A DNA stretch of 64,000 nucleotides from Moniliella sp. 'wahieum' (Eukaryota). How positions within the stretch are numbered: position 1 is the first letter of the stretch; the number at the start of each line of letters is the position of its first letter. The stretch spans positions 248,001 through 312,000 of the forward strand of contig RSEE01000057.1 in NCBI GenBank assembly GCA_003971905.1, read 5' to 3'. A program made the position numbers and the translations under genes. The notes under the pieces are model-generated. The model saw only the letters and a program-made list of their open reading frames with translations. It was not told the DNA's origin and did no database searches. Shown piece after piece: positions 52,300 through 64,000 of the stretch.

Positions 52300-53200
52300 C
52301 TGCAGCCTCAGAGAAAGGACCCATGCGAGCTATAAGTCACAAAAAGAAGGGGGGGGGGGGGGGTAATGAGCGCTCGATCGGCTGAGCGCTGGAGAGCATA
52401 TTAAGCAAGAAAGGGGGAAAATGGATCCGTAGAACAGAACAAAGGTCCAGCCCAACTTTTGTGACAATACGTACGACCACAAAGGTGTGCGTGATCCTGA
52501 TAATGGCCAATAGGAGCATACGCTCAAAACCTCCCATCTGTGATGGCGTTGGTGGCTTATCCTCAGGCGGAGACCTTCTCCCTGCCAATCGGGATAAGAC
52601 CCATGTAATATGACTGAACGCATTACAGATCCAAAAAGTCCAAGGAACACTGGCGTGAGCGTCAAGGGAAAAGCGGGACCCGAGACAAGAAACGAGGCGA
52701 GAGAGCGAGTCGAAATCATGTGTATTGTGTTTTGGCTTTTAGACGAGCGCGAGCGAGAAGAGACGATTTGTTATGAGTTTGTTGATGGGCCGAGAATCCG
52801 AGTCACGAGAGCGAAGGATAGAAAACTTGAGTAGTGTTGATAGGAAAAGAAGCAGAAGCGAGAGCGACGATGAGGAAGTGGAGGTGGCGCGACTTAATCG
52901 TCACCCCGTGACAGCGTCTGATGTGCTCACGCTCAAGAAAAGGGACCGTGTGTGGCCACGTTGATGCACTCCCTCTCTGTGTTGATCTGCTCTTTTGGGA
53001 AGAGTCGCAACCGTGATGCCGAAACATCTCCCTCCCAAAAAAAGCAGTGTCAAAATGCATGGCCAAACACGACGAAAAGGTCACAGCGGATGTGATTATC
53101 GCTTTTGAGTGAGATACAGGCTCGCGAATGGACCAGCCCATGGTGGAAACACGTTTCCCATTTGTAATAGGCACGCATCGAGGACGGTGGCACCCGACCT
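52300..53200 (-). mobile_element. Decayed CRE-like REL region and 3'UTR (family 2)
   Basis: Broken frames give GWSIREPV / DNHIRCDLFVVFG / LTPVFLGLFGSVMRS..DWQ / SQMGGFERMLLLAIIRITHTF. The 3'UTR is similar to 26570-26730. Confidence 0.5.
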
Positions 53201-54861
53201 ACAAGTTAGGAGTGTGCTTTATTTGAAGGAGAAGAGACCACTCATTTCTTACCAATACTAAGAACTTATTGGTGACGGATCAGATCGGCGCTAGTGTCGA
53301 GGCGAAATCCACATCAGGGCTTTGGCTCGCGTGGCAAAAGGTTCCATTTGTAATATTGCGCCCGATTGAACAAGACCAATAGTGTGCCTGCAGTCCTTTA
53401 TATTAACAGAGAGTTGAATGGAATGGAGACGCAAAACACGAAACAGGATGGAACAAATGCCCTGCTATCATTGGAAGAACTCGACTAAACCCTCAGAACG
53501 TAACGGAGACCAACAAAAGAAAGGATCTCGGCCGAGGGGAAGGGACTCGATCTAGGTTGCCCACAATAGAAAAGGGAACATGCTCCTTTCGAAGTAAAGT
53601 TGTATATATCTGTGTTTTGTGGTGGGACACCCCCCCCCCCCCCCCCCCCCGGCCTTGGAAAGACACAACCCACAGGGAAGAGAGACAAGAGGGGAACTTG
53701 TAATAGGCTCCGCACGACTCGTATATGCTCTCCTTCTCGTCCATAACACCGCTGATATAGGAGATGATTTATGCCGTGAAGTGTGTCCATATGAGGTACG
53801 TTCTACGGAAAGCTGTTGACTGTGATGCTCCGGCTCCCAACAGGTAGACCAGGCTCGCCTCGGTTCCATCAACAACGCTGCGGGTATCGTCCCACCATGA
53901 CACTTCCCCTAAGCCCTGCATTGCCTCCTGTGTGCCTCACTGGTCCTATGCCTAGTCCGGCCTCCTAAATAGATGCCTCTGCACCCACAGACCCAACTCT
54001 GGCTCTAATTCATCACCTTCTCTCCTCAGGCCTCAGGCCTCTCAGATCTCATCCTTCTGCCCGTCCGGCTCCCTAGTCCAACACCTGGAACACCGTGTGG
54101 GTTGGAGAGCATCGTGTGCGGCGTTAACGTTTGACAGCGTGGGGGGAGCGCCGGAGAACTGTGGACATGTGCCTGGGATTGTCGCGGCCACAAGAGGTGT
54201 GGGGAAGCAAGCGGTGCAAAAAACATCGTCTCGAGACATGCGCATCGCTTCACCGGCCGGTGTCTACTTTGGTCCGAAAACGCCTATCGCAGTAGTATGG
54301 AAATGCGAGGCCGGCGGAGGAGGTCGAGGAGGGGAGACGACATTTGTATTCAGACCTGGGTTTCTCCTACTCGGCCATCGATCAGGCCGGTGCATTTTCA
54401 ATGCATCATGCATCATGGGGCCAGTGATTAATGATGCCTCAGACATTCGTTGTGCCTGAGGGGGCTAAGAGGCCTGAGGTGCCTGAGGTCAGGGCAGAAA
54501 CGGCCTTTTTGACATTGGGAAACCCCACACACCGCGATAATCGATGACCGGATAACCCCGACCTCCTCAGACATCAGGAAAAAGGAGGCACTGAAAGGCG
54601 CTGTGTTTACGGTGGGATATAGTGCTGTGGCAATAAATGATGTTTTGCCTTGTCTTTCCGCACCCCACACGAACTGCAAGGGGTGTTTCGCATTGCCCCG
54701 CAAAGGCTAGACCGAACAGATACCGGGCTGTGGCGGGGTGCTTGAATCAATTCAAAGCGCCCGCCTAGGTGATGCATGGTCACGCGTCACGCGTCCCGCG
54801 TCCCGCGTCAGTATCACGGCCATCTGGTGCCTGGTGTTCAATATGTAGAAGATCTACGGGA

Positions 54862-54900
54862 TGATGCATGATGCATGATGCATGATGCATGATTAATGAT
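54862..54900. repeat. (TGATGCA)4 continuing in register as TGA-TTAA-TGA
   Basis: Directly visible. Confidence 0.95.
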
Positions 54901-55183
54901 TGTCGATTGCACGGCATCCGACGTCTACGAGAATTGAGCACATCATGACATCATGCAATGAGAGAGGAAGATACATAAACCAGTGCAAACTGAAGAAGTG
55001 GAACGGCCCAAATCTAAGATCTAAGCACGACCGATGAGACACCTAGTCTCTGTCACTGTTGGGAGAGCACAAAAGTGCCAGCCGGACTCCTTCCCCTGAA
55101 TATAGTTACCACCCAGCATTCCTCTTTTCCTCCTTTTCTTTTTGGCTCGACTTCGATGCTTCAAGTTCAAATTCAACGTTCAC

Positions 55184-55218
55184 GCTTCAAGCTTCAAGCT
55201 TCAAGCTTCAAGCTTCAA
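55184..55218. repeat. (GCTTCAA)5 heptamer microsatellite (TCA-AGCT lattice)
   Basis: Five perfect copies, with degenerate flanks from 55158 to 55225. Confidence 0.97.
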
Positions 55219-56259
55219 TCTTCAAAATATATACGTCCTGGTTTTGATATTGGCCTCGGTGCCTCTCCCACTGCTTCCACATCCTTAAGGAGGAGAGCTC
55301 GGTATGTGCATCACATGCGCATCCGAGGTCTAGGTCAAAAAAGTATGTAATAAGAAAGTCTCAGCAGGATATATAGGGCCTAAGGCCTAAGAAGTAAGGC
55401 TTAAAGGCTGCTATACTATGTTTGCTTGGTATACTGGTCGGTAATCGACAGCCGCCTAAACCTCAACAGCTGTGCAGTGCCGGCACTATACATGTCTTCT
55501 GTTACCTAGGGCGCACCCACAGGTGTACTTGTCTCTACATGTGTGTTCGATTATCGATTATCGATCGGTGCTCTGAACACAACAAGAGCGGGGGGCTGCG
55601 AGCTGGCGAGGCCAGGAAGGGCCTGGACCTGGAGTCTAGGCTGGCCTACGCACTATGTAGCTATAGCCCTCTTTCGCACTGTGTGGCAGTACTCAGTCAC
55701 CTTCAGCACCATGTATGATTCACATCATGCATCACGTATCACACATCATGCATCATGTGCTTGTGCGCCACCGCAAGTCCGCGACTCGGCGCAGGGCCAC
55801 TCTGAGAGCCCCACGCCGGCAGTCGCTGGCCCCGTGCCGCGCAAGCGTGTGGGGGCCATGTGATATGCACGGTGGTTTGGTCTGGCCCCCCAAGCTACCA
55901 GCCACGGTGGGACGGTGGTGCGAAGAACCGAGGGGCAGAGCCCAAGGAAGGACCCCTCGAACGCTGCGGCGGTCCTGTTCTCCAACCCCCGCTTTTCCCA
56001 ACCTCCACACTGCGACAATTCACAGTCATAATGGATTGTGAATGGGAGGAGAGGGAGCGATGAGAGTGGGGGCGTATGCTGTCGTCTGCCAGGAAGTATA
56101 TAAACCTACTGTGCCGCACCCTCCATCCGTAAGTTCCGTCTTGCCCCCCGCCGCCTTTCCTCTACAGTCCCCCCTCCTGCCAACGTGGTGTGCTCTCTTT
56201 CTTCCAATCTACCCTGAAGCCCCTCTTCTTCTCACCCAACACAACACAGCCCCACCACT

Positions 56260-58183
56260 ATGCCTGCCATCGCCAGTGAGGGCGTCGCCTTCCACAAGCC
56301 TGCCGACATGAGTGTCCGGCAGTCCATGCCTGCCATCCTTATTGGCATAGCTGCTGCCATGGGCGGCCTGCTGTATGGCTACGACACTGGCACCATTTCG
56401 GGTACGTGTGTTCCCTCTGGAGTCATGTGCTTGCATATATATATGTCAACGTGATCAATGGCCTCGCCTATCTCTGATTGTTCTCGGACGATGAGTCTCT
56501 GACCAAAAAAGTTTGCTGTTCATATGCACAGGTCTTCTGGACCAAGCCAGCTTCAAGAGAAACTTTGGCAACTTGGAACTTTATGACTCCGGAAGCGACG
56601 GCCCCGTATACGACCCTCATTGGGGTCTGTCTACCTCCACTACCTCGATGGTCACCTCGCTCCTCTCTGTGGGGACCTTTATCGGTGCCCTGGTTGGCGC
56701 CCCTTTCGGTGATTACCTGGGCCGAAAAAATGCGGTTCACATTGCCAACCTCATCTTTGTGTTGGGTGTAGCCCTCCAAACTGGCGCGCCGCACCTTGGC
56801 ATGTTTGTCGGAGGACGCGTCGTTGCTGGCTTGGGTGTGGGCATTATCTCTACCGTTATCCCGACATACCAGTCCGAAACAGCACCGCGCTGGATCCGTG
56901 GCGCAATCGTCGGGGCCTATCAGTGGGCGATCACCATCGGTCTCTTGCTCGCGTCCGGCGTCAACCTGGGCAGCCATCAGTACTCGGATAGCACTACGGC
57001 TCAGTACCGTGTTCCGATTGGTGTTCAATTTGCTTGGGCTATTGCACTCTCTGTGGGCCTTTTGTTCATGCCCGAGTCGCCACGTTGGCTCATCCGCAGC
57101 GGCCGGGACACTCAGGCACGCCAAGCGCTCGGACGACTGTATTCCTTCGCTCCTGACAGCGAAGCCGTCGACCTTGAATATAAAGAAATCAAATCAAACC
57201 TGGAGGAGGAGCTACACCAGGTATCGCCAGGTATTCACGGTTACATCGACTGTTTCCGTATGGGTAACAAAAAGTACCTGCTGCGCACATTGACCGGGGT
57301 TTTCATCCAATGTGAGTACCAATGTCGAGACTACAGATCTGGCGATTTTGCCGATTGTTTTCATGGCCACACAGTTACTGACCTGGACTTTTCCTTACTG
57401 GTGTCTTCGTTCCTTTGTTCAGTCTGGCAACAGTTTACTGGCATCAACTACATTATGTATTATGGAACCGTATTTGGAGCCCAGGCAATCCCCTCTTTGG
57501 ACCCCTTCGTCTTTGCGTTGATTCCTGCCATCGTCAATGTGGTCACCACGATTCCCGGGTTGTTGTTGGTCGACAAGGTAGGTCGGCGTCGTATGCTAAT
57601 TGCCGGAGCGGCTTGGATGGCGCTGTGTCACTTGATTGTGGCCGTCGTATCCATCACGACGCCGGAGAGCAACATACCTTCGCGCAACGCTATGGTTGCC
57701 TTCGTCTGTCTCTTCGTCGCTGGCTTTGCGCCCACGTGGGGCCCGATCGCCTGGGTTGTTTGTGGCGAAATCTTCCCCTTGGCCATTCGTGCCAAGGGGA
57801 TGAGCTTGTGCTCGGCATCAAATTGGGCGATCAATGTCGCCCTCGGTTCCTCCACTCCTTACATTGTTGAGCGCATCGGGACTAAGGTGTTCTTTGTCTG
57901 GATGTCGACCACCCTATGTGGCTTGGTGTTCGTCTATTTCTTTGTGTATGAGACTGCGGGCCTGTCGCTCGAGGAGGTGGACGTGATGTACGGGCAAACG
58001 ACCACACTCAAGTCGGCCGCATTCAACAAAGAGATGCGTGCACGCCGTGGCCAGGCCCCCGAAAGTGACGTGGACGGGCTGGGCGAGTCTGCCCGGTGGC
58101 ATAACACGCCCTCGGAAGAGGGCGCCGACTTGGCCGAAAAGAAAATTGAGGGCACTCAATTTGGCACACTCGACTCGGCTTGA
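56260..58183 (+). CDS. MFS sugar porter (hexose transporter)
   Basis: GGLLYGYDTGTISG, DYLGRK, GGRVVAGLGVG, YQSETAPRWIRG, MPESPRWL, QQFTGINY, VDKVGRR, WGPIAWVVCGEIFP, YETAGLSLEEVD; introns 56402-56531 and 57312-57422. Confidence 0.96.
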
Positions 58184-59011
58184 CCACTCACACTTTAAGT
58201 TCTCGCACCAAGGCGTGCGTGCCGCATTGTTACCGGTTTCCCAGGTTTCCCTTGTCTCTTCGAGCTTCACGCCTGCACCCTCCTCTGCCTCTCCCTATAC
58301 ATATGCGCAAAAAGCGCTTTCCATCCTGATAATAGGTCGTGTTCTCTGTGTCCGCGCCACTGTCATATATGGGTGTGGGTTTGCATGCTTCACTGCCTCT
58401 TCGATGCTGCTCCATGCTCCCCCGTTGCTGTTCCTTCTTTGACGGGCTCCCAACCAGGCAGGGGTCACCGGTCATCGTCCCCCCTCTTTTCCTTATGGTG
58501 GCACTGTTTAAGACCTAAGAAGTAAGTATAAGTCTGACCACACAGCAGCATGCCATAGCAGTGTGCGATCAACCACGGAATTGTGCACGGTAGTAGGAGG
58601 ACAGATTGGCTTGGTCCACGCGTAGTACAGACTTGGGGTGGACGGAGACAAACCGGCTCCGGTCACCGGCTGGCCTCCGGGTGCCGGTTGGGGAAACCGG
58701 TTGCGCCGGAGCAGACGTGGCCAAAATGAAATTGGAATCGGCCATCTTCGGGCCATCGCCTCGCTCCGGCCCGGGTCCCGGAGAAGGCTGGGCGGCCCAG
58801 CACGGGGGCTGTGTGCTGCACCCGGGCCACGGCGGAAGCCACGGCGGGCGGATGGGCGCGCAGCGTGAGTACGACGCCAGCACAGTGGGATCGATCAAGC
58901 TGAAGCTTCATTTGAAGCTTGAACCTGGCAGCTCCCTTGCCGGCCGCCCGACGCTGGAAGCCAAGGCCAATCGCACGCTCCCTTCCTTTCCCACCACCAC
59001 CTGCCTCCGCC

Positions 59012-60140
59012 ATGTTCGCTCGCGCTGCTCTCTCTGCCCGTGCTGCCCTTCGTGCCCCCACCCTCTCACCCGCGCGTGGCTTCGCCTCCTCCGCCCCCGC
59101 CCTGGACACCCTCCTCTTCGTCGAGCACCGTGCTGGCGCGATCAACCGTGCCTCCCTCTCAGCAGTCACCGCTGCTCAGAAGCTCGGCGGCGAGGTGCAC
59201 GGCATCGTCGTCGGTTCCCCAGCGGAGGCGGAGAAGGTGGCCAATGAGGCGGCCAAGTAAGTATCTCGGCAATGTCTACCCCCCCTCCATCCCCTCCGTA
59301 TCTCTAACTCTGACCTTCATGTCTCCCTCCTCCCGCGTGCTTTAGGGTGACCGGTCTCTCCAAGGTCCTTTACGTCGGCGATGACAAGCTTGCCCACCAG
59401 CTCGCTGAGCCTCTGGCCCCCGTGCTGCAGGATGTCGCGAACAAGGGTGGCTACACCCACCTCCTTGCCGGCCACAGTGCAGTGGGTCGGGACGTGATCC
59501 CTCGCGTGGCTGCGCTGCTCGACAGTGCCCAAGTGTCCGACATTCTCTCGATCGAATCCGATGACACCTTTGTCCGTCCATCTACGCCGGTAACGCTCTC
59601 GAAACGGTCAAGTCGAGCGACAAGATCAAGGTGGTGACTGTGCGCGGCACCGCGTTTGACGCTGCGTCCCTTGAGGGGGGCTCGGCTTCGGTGGAGAAGA
59701 CCTCGGCCCCGGTCGGCGAGGAGCTGACGAAGTTTGTGGAGGAGTCGTTGGCTAAGTCGGAGCGTCCGGAGCTCGACTCGGCTTCGCGCGTTGTCTCGGG
59801 CGGTCGTGCGCTCAAGTCGGCCGAGTCGTTCAAGGAGTACATGGAGCCGTTGGCGGACGCTCTGGGTGCCGCCGTTGGTGCGTCGCGTGCGGCGGTGGAC
59901 TCGGGCTTTGCCGACAACGCGCTGCAGGTCGGCCAGACGGGCAAGATTGTGGCACCTGAGTTGTACGTTGCGGTGGGTATCTCGGGTGCCATCCAGCACT
60001 TGGCAGGCATGAAGGATTCGAAGACGATTGTTGCCATCAACAAGGACCCCGATGCGCCCATCTTCCAGATCGCCGACGTGGGCCTCGTTGCCGACTTGTA
60101 CGATGCTGTGCCTGAGCTGACCAAGAAGCTCACTGCCTGA
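59012..60140 (+). CDS. AIM45: Electron transfer flavoprotein alpha subunit, mitochondrial
   Basis: Mitochondrial-type presequence, intron 59257-59345, [59 protein letters not shown]. Confidence 0.96.
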
Positions 60141-60780
60141 GTGCGTGCGAGAACAAGAAGAGCACGTAGGAATCCCATGAGAATTGCTTCATACATTCAG
60201 TTCTGGCTACAGGATAGGGGAAGGAGTCCAGCGCATAAACAAGAAAGGCGCCTTGGCTATGTGTATCGGTAGTTATGCATCGTCACGCGTCATATCTGAT
60301 GGGCCGAGCATGCTTTGGTGTGCGATCCGGCCCGCCTGGAAGAGCACATCAATGAGGGCCAGGGTTAACAGCAACAATCAGTGGAACTGGTGAACAGGCA
60401 TTGGCGGAGATGCGGTGGTCACAGCCCGTGCACGACCAACCCCGTCCCCCCACCACCATGGGTCCGGCGCATGACGAACGTGGCTCAACTATGTGCGAGT
60501 TTTGCAGGGAGAAGTAGGATGCGCGCTGGCCATTGCTGCTGCTCGGCGGCGGGGAGGCTTGGCGTGATGCAAGATGGCAGGCGGAATGCAGCGGGGCGGA
60601 ATTGGTCCGGGCCCGAGCGCGTGCAATATGCACCCAACCAAGTGGACACGTCAAGCCATCAGGCCCAGGGGTTGGGAAGAAAGGAGCCAGCCGACGATCA
60701 ATCAGCGCCCCGCCCCGCCGTTGGGTCTCTTCTTCCTCCACTCGGCACCAACCACGACTTGCTCTCTGGCCTTGACCACC

Positions 60781-61744
60781 ATGTCAGCTCCTGCTCCTGC
60801 CGTCGTGCCTCCCGCCGGTCCCGTTCCTGGACAGAAGAAAGCGCGCAAGCCCACCCATCCCATCGTTCGCTGGTACTTGTTCGCATACAACACGCTTTGC
60901 TTCTTCCTCTGGGGCGTCACCTTCGCCACTCTCTTCAAGTTCCTGCTTATGGGCCCCCAGAGGGCTGTTCCCAGCACAGTGCACTCGTATGTTACCCAAT
61001 GGGTCATGCAGATCACTAAGGCTGAGCCCAAGAACCTCGTCCCGTTCGAATGGGACGGCACCTCCAACCCCCAGCTGGCTGTGCTGCTCTGGCACATGCG
61101 CAACATTCACGGCTACATGGGTGACTTTGTTGCCGCGACGCAGACCCTTGCCGTTCTCGAGATTGTTCATGCTATCTTGGGCTTTGTTCGGTCGCCGGTG
61201 CCGACCACGATTGTGCAAGTTGGTTCGCGCCTGTGGTCGGTGTGGGGGTTGCGTACTTGTTCCCCTCGGCGGCCACGTCGCCCTTCTATTCGACTATGAT
61301 TTTTGCTTGGTCGGTCACCGAGACGATCCGCTACGCCTTCTATGCAGAGCAGCTCTTGGTAGAAGGCTCTGCAAACAGCGAGCCGTCGTGGCAGCTACTG
61401 TGGGCACGGTATACCACTTTCTACCCCCTCTACCCCCTTGGCGCCGGCTCTGAGGCCGCTTGCATGATCTACACGCTGCCGTGGTTTAACCCAGCGGCTA
61501 GTTGGGATGTGCGGGCGTACGCTTACCTCGGCCTGGCCATCATCTGGCTTCCTGGTGAGTACCTTAACCCCTCTTCTGAGCCCCAACACTGACCTCTTAC
61601 ATCATTAACCTAGGTCTGGCTGTGATGTACAGCCATATGCTCAAGCAGCGTAGCAAGGTATTGGGCAAGGGAATGTGGGGTGACAAACTGGTCGCACGCC
61701 TCAAGGAGATTGAAGCCGCCCAGGTTGAGAAGAAGGATTCGTGA
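60781..61744 (+). CDS. PHS1: Very-long-chain 3-hydroxyacyl-CoA dehydratase (PTPLA family)
   Basis: YLFAYN, QTLAVLEIVH..GFVRSP..QVGSR, AWSVTETIRY, WARYTTFYPLYPLGAGSE, intron 61555-61613, MYSHMLKQRSK, and a C-terminal KKDS* ER-retrieval motif. Confidence 0.93.
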
Positions 61745-61852
61745 TGTGGCTCTTACGGTGCGGATGGAGTACGAGACACTTGATTAATTCTTGATTCCAT
61801 TGTCCCACAATTGAATAAACAGATGAAAGAGTAGTAAGTGGTGCACGCCGCC

Positions 61853-64000
61853 CTACATGATAATGATCTTGACAGCTGCCCCGTGTGGGGTCGCGGTATG
61901 ACCGACTTGGGGCTCATTTTGATGAGGTATGTTGAATGAAGTGGGGCCAGGGGTGGTAAAGGATGAGCTGGGAGGGACGGCCCCCTCTTCGAAGGCTGTA
62001 CCATGGCGGGCCCCAGTAATGGTAGATTCGGCGATGGACGACGCATGGTTGATCGACTCGATCCAGCCTGCCACATCAATCCAGGACGCAGCAAACTGGG
62101 TACAGATCGCATCATCCGTGTGGGCACCATCGAAAAATGTTAGCAAGTCAGGAGGGACCGGGCGGGACCATGCCCGGGGCCCTGCCCCCATTGAGGCGGG
62201 CCCAACGGGGTAGAGCTTGGTATACTGGGAATATGAGAAAATGAACTGGTGCTTTTGTTGCCCTTTCTGCTGTCCAATCCACCACTCCCTAAGAACGAGG
62301 AGGATTGGAAACCTAGGGGGCCTGGGGGGGGTGTGCTGGAACCAACACTGGGGCGCGAGCCTGCTTCATAGCCTGCGCGGCCAGAATGCTCCCGCTCCAC
62401 ATCTCCTCCATCATGTTCCCCGGGCCCATCATGCACATCATGAGCCACGGGAGAATCAATGTCAAACGAACCGTCCCGTCCACTTTCCGCCTGTGGCAAT
62501 TCTGGGGTCGGTCCAGAAGATTGGAGGGCCAGCAAGGCTGCATCAGCAACTGTGTTGGCCATAGGGCGCCGACGGTGAGATCGTGCAAGGTGGCGACGGC
62601 TTTCTTCACGGCCAGATTGGACAGTAGTGGGGCTGACAGGGGATCCCGAAGCCCAACTTTCTTCACGGATCAGTTGGAGATCCCGCTCTCCAGGCCGCAG
62701 ACGACGGGAACGACCCCTGTCAGTGGGTGCCAACGGAACAACTGGAATGCCCCCACTCTCAGCAGAGTTCCACCACGGCTGAGGGTGAGAAGGTGCTCCA
62801 GAAATGGACGAAATAGCCTTGCAACTAGCTTCGTTACCGTCAGTGTCACACCCGCCCCATTTTCCCTGGGCTCTCAGTTGCGGGGGTTTGCAGATGGGTC
62901 CTTGCTCTCGGGCGGCAAGGTCCATTTTTTGAAGGTGAGGAGATGTGAGAACGGGGATGCGGTGCATGCGACGGAGCAAGCCTTTAAGAGCCCCAAACGA
63001 GACAAACCGCCGTGGGTCAATCCCCAACTCGTCGGCGTTTGTCTCTGCACACCATTCCCCCACCGTTTTGGTTGGGGTGAACGCAGCAAATAGTTGAAGC
63101 AGCTTGGCATGCCCCACTATAGGGAACCGAGGGCGTGTAACGTACTGGCCACACTCGGTAAACAAGGCCGTATTACCTCCCTCTCGGGCCAGGAGTGGAC
63201 GAATAGTGTAGACGTTGGAGTACTGGAACATGTCGTTCATGGTAATACAGCCATAAATAAAAGGTGCTCCATGCACTGTCGCGTGAGATCCAAATCGGCG
63301 TCAGCTAACTGTGCGATACGACGCACATGGCGGACCCCGTCGATGAAGGGCACAACCTGGTCAAATGGCAAAGCATATCAGTTCTGCAACTAGTGTGTAC
63401 CTAGGTACAATAACGTGGGAAGGGAAAGCAAACGTACCTTGGTCATGGTGAGGTCCCAATCTCCGGTGATGCGTTCGGTTAAGTTGAGCAGGGCAACTGG
63501 CACATCCCAATCGTGAGCCTCGGGGGGGTTGGGGTACGTGGGGAAAAGTTTGACATTGATAGCATCTTGCACGGTCCGACCGAGCCCATGAGGAGGCTCG
63601 CGACGCTTGGGGAGCAGCCCCTGAGATACAGGCGAAAATAAAGTGGGGCCAGGAAGACTGGGATCTTGATCTAGGCCTTCTTTGGTCATGGGACCTGCAG
63701 CTGCTTGGGACAAATTGGACAGGTATTGCTGTAGCCGTTTCCCCTCGTCTGAGTCTCCAAGCGATTGAAGTACTTTGGCTTCCAGCTCATCCTCGACCTT
63801 GTTTGCCCTATCCCAGTCAGGGGAGAAGAACTTTCTTTTCTGGCGAGGCGGAGAGAGGTGGTTTCGGCGCATAATGCTCTCGGCCACTTGAGGGGAATTG
63901 ACTGCAAGCCTAGGGGTGGTGGGATCGGAATGACGAAAGTTGGTATGCGGCTCAATGGGTAAAGAGATAAAGGACTCGCAATACGAGTTGAGATCTTCGT
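61853..64000 (-). CDS. NPR2: Nitrogen permease regulator 2 (GATOR1/SEACIT subunit); 5' part lies outside the window
   Basis: INVKLFPTYPNPP..WDVPV..WDLTM|VVPFIDGVRHVRRIAQLADAD (intron 63357-63437), DMFQYSNVY, IDPRRFVSFGALKGLLRR, FDGAHTDDAIC. Confidence 0.92.

Noticed and set aside
54862..55225. CRISPR-like array interpretation of the short repeats
   Set aside because: The units are 7 bp with no unique spacers, there are no cas genes, and the context is eukaryotic.

Overview
Eukaryotic, GC-rich fungal DNA: short GT..AG introns with CTAAC/CTGAC branch sites and basidiomycete-type proteins. Ustilaginomycotina is an inference from the intron-poor genes and protein style. Nearly every long gene, including essential ones (RPL5, UGP1, CDK7), has 1-nt frameshifts, best explained as uncorrected long-read indels, so many CDS ends are approximate. 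Recognisable genes: CHO1, a DUF6533-type membrane protein, tRNA-Glu(CTC), KIN28/CDK7, a GH27+ricin glycosidase, an IME2/Crk1-family kinase, a MARVEL-like protein, a GPI-type aspartic protease, head-to-head RPL5/RPL15, UGP1, KRE6/SKN1, a triple-KH RNA-binding protein, tricalbin, a sugar porter, ETF-alpha, PHS1 and NPR2. Four things stand out. (1) A ~2,480-aa protein built from about 11 tandem dynein-light-chain (LC8)-like domains, separated by hydrophobic Gly/Ala/Val segments and Thr/Glu/Val-rich spacers with a recurring R-E/S-L/I-P motif. (2) An intergenic 7-bp lattice of TNA alternating with a 4-bp palindrome, using at least ten different cores. (3) A stand-alone Gag + retropepsin-like ORF with no RT or LTR and a candidate 5'UTR intron, possibly domesticated. 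(4) Seven decayed 3' ends of CRE/Cnl1-like non-LTR retrotransposons. All homology calls were made by eye; no searches were run.
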